A DNA stretch of 64,000 bases from Acidobacteriota bacterium (lineage in GTDB: Bacteria > Acidobacteriota > Polarisedimenticolia > SMYD01), in assembly GCA_046757405.1 (NCBI GenBank), contig JBHHYE010000001.1, forward strand, positions 69,900 to 133,899, written 5' to 3'. The first letter of the stretch is position 1. Each line of letters opens with the position of its first letter. The notes under the pieces were generated by a model, which was not told the origin of the DNA, did no database searches, and saw only the letters and a list, made by a program, of their open reading frames with translations. The translations under genes were made by a program, and so were the position numbers. Positions 57,906 to 64,000 of this stretch are shown here, one piece after another.

Positions 57906-59276
57906 TTACTGCACCGCCCGGCCGGCGTTCACCCGGCCGTGGCTGAAGATGTTGTCCACCCCGCCGGGGCCGAGATCATCGGCCGTGTTGGAGAGGATGG
58001 TCTTGATCTGCCCGGGCCTCAGGGAGCCTCCGTTCATGCCGTCCACCAGGGCGGCCACGCCCGTCACGATGGGAGCAGAGAAGCTGGTGCCGGTGGCGCC
58101 GAACAGGAAGCTGCTGGTGCCGCATCCGAAGATGCCCGTGCTGGCGCAGACCGAGATGATTCCGTCCTGTGCAAAGGACGGCAGGACGCATCCGGGAATC
58201 GGAATGGAAGGCGTCACCGGGGTGAAGTCGCCTCCGCCGGCGCCGACCCAGGTGCCGGTCCGTCCGTGATTGGAGAAGCTCGAGAGGTTGCCGTCGATAT
58301 CACCCGACCAGGCTGCGATGCCGGCACCCGCCTGCGCCGGCAGCTCCAGGAAGTTTCGGTCCTTGTCCAGGTTCACCCCGAAGTTTCCCGCCGCCGACAC
58401 CACGATTTTCCCCTGGTTCTGGGCAAAGTTCACCGCCTTGTTGAAGGCGGCCCCGATGACGCCGTTTCCGAAGCTCTTGGGGAAGATCGCCTGCAGGCTC
58501 ATGTTGATGACATCCACGTCAGGCAGGTTGGCGGCATACAGGATGCCGCGAATCCAGTCGACGAAAAGGCCGAAGTTGGTGCAGTTGATCACCTTCACAG
58601 CCACCACCTGGGTGAGCGGCGCCACGCTGGCCACACCGAGGTTGTTGCTGGTGATGATCCCGGCGACGAAGCTGCCGTGCCACAAGAGGTCGGTGATGGT
58701 CTGCTCGTCGGCCGGACCGCATGCCGAGCTGTCCGGCGACAGGAAGCTGGTGCTGTTGGCCAGATCGACGCGTCCCGCCAGGTCGATGTGGTTGGGATCA
58801 ATTCCGGAGTCCAGGACCGCGACCTTGACGCTGGGGCTGCCGAGCTTGCCCTGCGCCCAGGCGCCGGGGACATCCACCTGCTGCAGGTTCCACTGGCAGG
58901 GAAAGAAAAAGGCGCCCGCCGGGCTCGCCGCGGCCGCGGCCTGGCTGGCCGCCTCGGGGGACACCCCCGCCGTGCCAATCCCCCACAGCTGCAGAGTCGG
59001 GGTCATCTGGACCGGAACATCCTCCTGGACGCCCCGGATCTTGTTGGAAGCCTCCAGGTTGGCCGCGAAGTCCGGATTCGCCGAGATGGCGGAAGCGTAC
59101 CCGATTTCGGGAAACACCCTGTAGAGCGTCCCGCCGGCCGCCGCCACCATTTCGGCCAGGTCGGCGGGCAAACTCCCGTTGGGAGCGATGATGTACACCG
59201 GGTCCATGGCCAGGGCCCGCGGTGCCAGCGAGACCGCGCCGCAGACCAGGAGCAGGGCAAGAAGTCGTCTTTTCAT
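57906..59276 (-). CDS. Secreted subtilisin-like serine protease (S8 family)
   Basis: Signal peptide MKRRLLALLLVCGAVSLA. Catalytic triad contexts VAVLDSGID (Asp), HGSFVAGII (His), GTSFSAPIVTGVAALV (Ser). AGGAGGA RBS. Confidence 0.85.
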   Translation of the reverse strand: MKRRLLALLLVCGAVSLAPRALAMDPVYIIAPNGSLPADLAEMVAAAGGTLYRVFPEIGYASAISANPDFAANLEASNKIRGVQEDVPVQMTPTLQLWGIGTAGVSPEAASQAAAAASPAGAFFFPCQWNLQQVDVPGAWAQGKLGSPSVKVAVLDSGIDPNHIDLAGRVDLANSTSFLSPDSSACGPADEQTITDLLWHGSFVAGIITSNNLGVASVAPLTQVVAVKVINCTNFGLFVDWIRGILYAANLPDVDVINMSLQAIFPKSFGNGVIGAAFNKAVNFAQNQGKIVVSAAGNFGVNLDKDRNFLELPAQAGAGIAAWSGDIDGNLSSFSNHGRTGTWVGAGGGDFTPVTPSIPIPGCVLPSFAQDGIISVCASTGIFGCGTSSFLFGATGTSFSAPIVTGVAALVDGMNGGSLRPGQIKTILSNTADDLGPGGVDNIFSHGRVNAGRAVQ

Positions 59277-59527
59277 GGTTGGGTCTCCTCCTTTGTTCAT
59301 CCCCGACTCCGGGACCGGATGCCCTCCCCGGAAGCAAGGGTTTCCACGACAAACTCCCCCGAGCGGGGTGGAACACGATCCCACCCCGTTCCATCCGGAC
59401 AAGCCCCTTTGTGCCCTAAATCTTCCGCCATGTCAAGGGACCACCGGGGCAGGCGAGAAATTCTTGACATCTCGAAAAATCCGGGCGTATGGTACGTGAG
59501 ATCCAGCATCAACAAGGGTGGCCGAGC

Positions 59528-61087
59528 ATGGAGAAGCGCAGCCTGTGGTGGGGAGCTCTGGTGGTTCTGTTGTGGATGACCGCCGTCCAGGCCGCTCCGG
59601 ATCCCAACGAGCCCAATGACGACCCCTCCACCGCCACGCCCATCGACTGTCCGTTGTTCGTGAGCACATCGGCAGCCATCGGCCCGCCCGCGGACCAGGA
59701 TTACTTCCGTCTGTCCGGCACGGCGGGCTCTCCCCTCTTCATCGACATCGACGCATTCGAGATCGGGTCGAACCTCGATTCCGCCCTGACCCTGCTCGAC
59801 AGCGGCCTGGCTCCCATCGGCTTCAGCGACGACGACCCGGCCCCCGGGGAAAGCCTGACCACCGATTCCTACCTGGAAACCTTCATGCCGTCCGACGGCC
59901 AGATTTTCATTCTCGTCGCGTCGTTCAGCGACCCCAACAACCCACCCACCAGCGGGACGTACGTTCTCTCGGCGGATTGCCTGCCGCCCCCGGGCCCCCT
60001 GATGCCGGGCGATCTCCTGGGCTCCACCGGCCGCGCCGGAGCGAGTCTCATCGATATCGATCCCAGCACCGGGGCCGGAACATTCCGCGGCCGCCTGGGC
60101 GACTTCGGTCCGGTGACGGAGATCGAGTTCCGCGACGATGGCGCGCTCCTGGGGGCCATCGGCGAGGGGAGCGGCAAACTGGTGGACATCGACCCGGCCA
60201 TGGGAATCGAGACGCTTCGCTGCACCCACGACACGGGAAGCCTGAACGGGCTGGAGTTCGTCAACGGCGTGCTCTACGGGGCGCTCAAGCCGGACTCCTT
60301 CACCCCGTCGCGCCTGGTGACCGTTGGAGATCCTGATCTTGCGGGACATTGCCCGCTCACGGTCCTGGGCCCTACCGGCTTCGGGAATCTGGGGGGTCTC
60401 GCGTATGACGAAGGGTCCGGGATACTTTACGGCTGCACCTCGGGAGGAGGAGGAGGCGACCTGGTCACTTGCAGCCTTGCCACGGGGGCCTGCAATCTGA
60501 TCGGCGCCACCGGTTTCGACGACTGCGCGGCCCTGGAATTCGGTGCCCAGGGGCTCCTGTTCGGCGGCATCGGCGGGCGCTCCGCCGCCGCGGGCACGCT
60601 CATCACCATCGACCCGTCCACAGGCGCCGGGGCGGCCGTGGGGGCCACCGGCTCTCCGAAGCTGAGCGGCCTCTCCTTCGTTCCCGGCTGTGCGCCGCGG
60701 ACCCTCTGCAACAGCCCGGCGACCGCATGCCGCGTCTCGCCGGGCGCGACTCCGCAGGCCGTCGCCTTCGGCATCGAGAATCCCGGCTCCGGCTTCCTCA
60801 CCAACGTCATTGGAGTGGATGTCGAGCACAACGGCCTGGATCTGCGCACGGCCCCGGGCGCCGATCCGGCCGGGAAGCTGGGCAACCGCCTCTCCTTGCT
60901 GGAGAGCCTGGCCGAGGATGCGGTCTCTCAAAGGCTGGCCTACACCGACACCACCTTCCTGGCGGAGATCGGCGAGGTGGTGGGGTACCTGGCCGCGTCG
61001 GAGTCGTTGTGCCTGGGACAGGATGGGTCCCTGGGCGGAGGCCGGGGCAGCGTGGATGCTTCCTCCTTGCCGCCCGCCACTCCCTGA
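59528..61087 (+). CDS. Secreted protein with N-terminal PPC (bacterial pre-peptidase C-terminal-like) domain and Gly-rich beta-propeller-like repeats
   Basis: Signal peptide MEKRSLWWGALVVLLWMTAVQA, then PNEPNDDPSTATPI...DQDYFRLSG (PPC/collagenase-prepeptidase signature), then repeated GxxGxLxxIDPSTGAG units. Confidence 0.5.
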   Translation: MEKRSLWWGALVVLLWMTAVQAAPDPNEPNDDPSTATPIDCPLFVSTSAAIGPPADQDYFRLSGTAGSPLFIDIDAFEIGSNLDSALTLLDSGLAPIGFSDDDPAPGESLTTDSYLETFMPSDGQIFILVASFSDPNNPPTSGTYVLSADCLPPPGPLMPGDLLGSTGRAGASLIDIDPSTGAGTFRGRLGDFGPVTEIEFRDDGALLGAIGEGSGKLVDIDPAMGIETLRCTHDTGSLNGLEFVNGVLYGALKPDSFTPSRLVTVGDPDLAGHCPLTVLGPTGFGNLGGLAYDEGSGILYGCTSGGGGGDLVTCSLATGACNLIGATGFDDCAALEFGAQGLLFGGIGGRSAAAGTLITIDPSTGAGAAVGATGSPKLSGLSFVPGCAPRTLCNSPATACRVSPGATPQAVAFGIENPGSGFLTNVIGVDVEHNGLDLRTAPGADPAGKLGNRLSLLESLAEDAVSQRLAYTDTTFLAEIGEVVGYLAASESLCLGQDGSLGGGRGSVDASSLPPATP

Positions 61088-61191
61088 GCCTGCAGGCGGT
61101 CTCTCGGAAGAACTTCTTGAACCGGCGTGACGGAGAAGCCATGGCGATGCGGCCGGTCTCCGGTGGGGGGAGCCGTGCCGCGGGACGGGTC

Positions 61192-62931
61192 ATGAAAGCG
61201 GCCTTCCTGGCCGGGTTCTTCTGCGTGTCCCTCCAGGCTGCGCGGCTGGAGCCGTTCCGGCTGCATCATTTCTCCATCACCGTCGGCGGCCCTCCGGTGA
61301 CTCTCCTGCCGGCCGATCTGAACTCCGACGGGCGGCTCGATCTGCTGGTGGCCACGGCGTTCACGTCCTGGGGACAGAGGGCAACGGAGAGCACAAAAGA
61401 AGTCGGCGGCCGGATGGTGGAGGAAATGGAGGTCATCCCGACGCTCACCGACCGCCGGGAGCTGCAGCTCTGGCTCGCCCTGCCGGACGGATCGTATGCG
61501 GCGGCAGCGCCGGCCCAGCCCTTGCCACCGTCGGTCCTGGCCTTTGCCGCCGGTCCCAGCCGGGAGCCCGTCCTGGCCCTGACGGACGCGGGGGTGGCCG
61601 GGGTGCGCTACACCGGTCCCCGCGAGGACCCTGCGCTGCGGTTCGAGCCACTCATCCGGGAGCGGCCCGTCATGGCTGGCATGGGAAGCCTCCTGCCTTG
61701 TTACGACTTCACCGCCGACGTGGACGGAGATGGCGAGCTGGATCTGCTCTTCCCAGCCGTGGACGGGCTGGCCATCCACCTGGGCGCGGACGGCCGGGTG
61801 GATGGCGAGGCAGCGACACGCATCCATCTCCCCGGGGACACCACCGGGAAGGACGGCGTGGTCTGGCGTTTCTTTCCGCTTCCTTCCATCGAGGACGTGG
61901 ACGGGGACGAATGGCCCGATCTGGTGATCCTGCACCAAACTTCGGGCAGGGCGCTGGTGAATGTGGAGGGCCAGTCGGGACCGCAGGCAATCTCCGTGCT
62001 GCGGGGGCTGGGCCAGGGCCGCTTCCGGGCACCGGAGGAGATCGTCCTGTCCGGCCCCACCCGGTTGCCTCAGCCGACCGCAGCAGACGGCCAACTGAAT
62101 CCTGGCGGCGAGAGCATGGCTCCCGGCAGCGGCCCTTCCGGTGGCGGCGACCCGGCGAACCAACCCCTTCTTCCGGGGTCGCTGGCCTTCTTCGGAGATC
62201 TGGACGGCGATGGCCGGGCGGAGCTGGTGACCTGGGCCCAACAGGATCGGCCTGGTGAAGGAATGCGCCAGGCGCTCAAGAATGCCAAGAGACCGAGAAT
62301 GACCCATCGGTTCTACCGGGTCGACGAGAACCTGCATGTGGCGCCGCAGCCTTACCAGGAACTCTCCACCCAGGGACATCCATTCGCCTCCTTCACCTTT
62401 CGGGATCGCTCATCAAGTGGCTTTCTCGACCTGGACGGTGATGGTCGCCGGGACCTGGTGACCCTCGACCTGGAGTTCTCCCTCTGGCAGATCCCCAAGG
62501 TGCTCCTCACCCGGTCCATCGGCGTCGGCCTTTCTTTCCATGTCTGGCTGCAAGAGACGGGTGGATCCTTTCACCAGGTGAGGGAGAACCGTCTCGAAGG
62601 CAAGCTCAAGATCGACCTCTCTCGTGCGAAGCTCGACCAGATGGCGCAGTTCTCGGGAGACTTCGACGGGGATGGACGCCTGGACTTCGTCCACCTGGGG
62701 GGCAGGAGGATCGGGATCCACCGCGGCCAGGCCGGTGCCCGGTACCCGGTGCAGCCGGATGCCATCGTGATCCTGGACGCCAAACCGGAAGATCCCGGGC
62801 TCATCCAGATCCGCGATCTGGACGGCGACCGGCGCTCGGATCTCGTGGTGATCACCCTCCTGGAGCCGGACGACGTGGGTGTGACCCGCCCGACCCGGCT
62901 CGACTTTTACATGACGGCAGGCGCTCCGTGA
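61192..62931 (+). CDS. Secreted FG-GAP/VCBS-repeat protein
   Basis: Signal peptide MKAAFLAGFFCVSLQA. Repeated DxDGDGxxDL calcium-binding loops (ADLNSDGRLDLLV, DVDGDGELDLLF, DLDGDGRAELV, DLDGDGRRDLV, DFDGDGRLDFV, DLDGDRRSDLV). Alternative start at 61141. Confidence 0.6.
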   Translation: MKAAFLAGFFCVSLQAARLEPFRLHHFSITVGGPPVTLLPADLNSDGRLDLLVATAFTSWGQRATESTKEVGGRMVEEMEVIPTLTDRRELQLWLALPDGSYAAAAPAQPLPPSVLAFAAGPSREPVLALTDAGVAGVRYTGPREDPALRFEPLIRERPVMAGMGSLLPCYDFTADVDGDGELDLLFPAVDGLAIHLGADGRVDGEAATRIHLPGDTTGKDGVVWRFFPLPSIEDVDGDEWPDLVILHQTSGRALVNVEGQSGPQAISVLRGLGQGRFRAPEEIVLSGPTRLPQPTAADGQLNPGGESMAPGSGPSGGGDPANQPLLPGSLAFFGDLDGDGRAELVTWAQQDRPGEGMRQALKNAKRPRMTHRFYRVDENLHVAPQPYQELSTQGHPFASFTFRDRSSSGFLDLDGDGRRDLVTLDLEFSLWQIPKVLLTRSIGVGLSFHVWLQETGGSFHQVRENRLEGKLKIDLSRAKLDQMAQFSGDFDGDGRLDFVHLGGRRIGIHRGQAGARYPVQPDAIVILDAKPEDPGLIQIRDLDGDRRSDLVVITLLEPDDVGVTRPTRLDFYMTAGAP

Positions 62932-64000
62932 CCTGGCGCGTCACCGGGTGGGCGCTGCTTGGGCTCCTGCTCGCGGGCATCTCCCCGGGTGAAACCGGCC
63001 GGGAACCCGCGTCGGATCATTCCGGTGACGGCAAGCCCCCGGCGGCCATCCGGGTCCTCCGGGACGAAGCCTCCGAAACGCTCCTGGTGCCGCTGAGGGG
63101 AACGCTGCTCAGCTACGCCCTGCCGAGATCTGGCGACGGGACACGGGATCTGCTTCTCCTGATCGGACCCGGCGATCGCGGGAACCTCCCGCCGGACGCC
63201 GCAAAGGCCGCAGGGGGAGCCCCCGCCGGCCTCTATCGCCTGGTGAATGGGGGCTCCCCCCGGATGGTTCTCGTCCGCGACGATCTCCACCCGGACGACG
63301 GCGCCCTGGTGGCCCTGGACCTGGACCACGATGGCCGCGACGAGATTCTCCTGGAGAGCGGGGGGAGCCTGAGGGTCTTGCCGGATGAGGATGGCCGGCT
63401 TGCCGCCGGTGCACCCGCTGTCCTGTTCACCGATCCTGGCCTGGACCTGCGGCGGGAGGAACCACGGGACGTGTCTTTTCCGGAGGAAGCCAGTGCCGTC
63501 CTCTATCACCTTGACGAGTCGCGGCAGGCACCCCACCGGGGAACCTCCCGGCCCCGAAGCCGCGTGCGGCTCCCCGGCACCCTGGACCCGGTGCATCTCC
63601 GCGTCACGGGACTGGGCGTCCTGAAACTTTACGGGCCCGACCCCCACACGGGAGAGTGGCGCCTGCAAAGCCGGGTCCCCTTGCCGGGACGTGTCCATCC
63701 AGGAGCGGCCGGGCTGCTTCTGTCCACCCCGCAGGTGCGCACCGTGGGCGTCACGCCCGAGGGGCACGCCCTGCTCGCCGCGGGACCCGTGCCGTACGGC
63801 GGCCAGCGCCTGCGCACCACCCTCATAAGGGTGGAGAGGGCCGCGGCACCGGTGGTCCAGGAGCTGTGGTCCCGCCTCCCTGGAGCGGAGGAGGTCAGCC
63901 GCAGCGGTTATCTGCTCCTGGACGGGGAGCCTGCTCTGTGGGTCGTGACCGAGGATGCCAGCGAAGGAATGACCTTTTCCGGCCATCACGAACATTACCG
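62928..64000 (+). CDS. Hypothetical secreted protein, 5' part (continues beyond window end)
   Basis: Own translation from GTG 62928 (GTGA overlap with the previous stop): VTWRVTGWALLGLLLAGISPG (signal-like), then an open frame to the window end with ...DLDHDGRDEILLE (FG-GAP-like). Not in the ORF track because it has no stop in the window. Confidence 0.4.
   Translation, partial: MTWRVTGWALLGLLLAGISPGETGREPASDHSGDGKPPAAIRVLRDEASETLLVPLRGTLLSYALPRSGDGTRDLLLLIGPGDRGNLPPDAAKAAGGAPAGLYRLVNGGSPRMVLVRDDLHPDDGALVALDLDHDGRDEILLESGGSLRVLPDEDGRLAAGAPAVLFTDPGLDLRREEPRDVSFPEEASAVLYHLDESRQAPHRGTSRPRSRVRLPGTLDPVHLRVTGLGVLKLYGPDPHTGEWRLQSRVPLPGRVHPGAAGLLLSTPQVRTVGVTPEGHALLAAGPVPYGGQRLRTTLIRVERAAAPVVQELWSRLPGAEEVSRSGYLLLDGEPALWVVTEDASEGMTFSGHHEHY

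Overview
High-GC (~67%) bacterial chromosomal segment, gene-dense, in which most genes are ordinary housekeeping or envelope genes. Gene content (long-form IspG, TMTC-like TPR membrane proteins, CRTAC1/FG-GAP secreted proteins, a Cyc2-like cytochrome-porin) suggests an Acidobacteriota/Gemmatimonadota-like Gram-negative organism, but that is inference only.

Recognisable housekeeping and core content:
- PpiD-like chaperone, Pal lipoprotein, long-form IspG.
- etfB-etfA followed by an orphan PqqD-like protein.
- tRNA-Ala(GGC) and cysK.
- A 2-oxo-acid dehydrogenase operon (lpdA-E1alpha-E1beta-E2) fused in series to a CPBP protease, lipB, lipA and a LON-N-domain protein.
- ApbC/Mrp, an SDR, QueD, a NuoI-like ferredoxin, an M20 peptidase.
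- A tRNA-Sec (selC-like, anticodon UCA).
- A Rieske protein, DUF309, a GAF/fRMsr-like protein, Hsp20, a POT transporter, a PseG-like enzyme, a CBS-pair protein, a PAP2 phosphatase.
- A secreted S8 protease with PPC-domain and FG-GAP proteins.

Less ordinary content:
1. A FAAL (fatty acyl-AMP ligase) - acyl carrier protein - LpxL-family acyltransferase module that resembles the AlmEFG lipid A tailoring logic.
2. Convergent to it, a methylmalonyl-CoA-epimerase-like VOC protein co-transcribed with a radical SAM/SPASM enzyme with no visible precursor peptide.
3. A ~110-bp intergenic element present in two direct copies (~90% identity). The copies bracket a 2.1-kb segment carrying a Cyc2-like monoheme cytochrome-porin fusion, and each copy carries sigma70-like promoter hexamers around a palindromic TTGCAA aimed at the adjacent gene (cysK or lpdA).
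4. An ABC ATPase with an ABC-2 permease::M1 aminopeptidase fusion, followed by a TPR protein, a diheme cytochrome c and a cNOR/cbb3-clade heme-copper oxidase catalytic subunit.
5. Several decayed or frameshifted genes: a ClpB-like ATPase remnant, a cysteine-rich motif fragment, and a CRTAC1-family gene with two frame changes, one at a C7 homopolymer.

No CRISPR array, integrase, transposase or recognisable defence genes were seen. Many long antisense ORFs in the track are high-GC artefacts.
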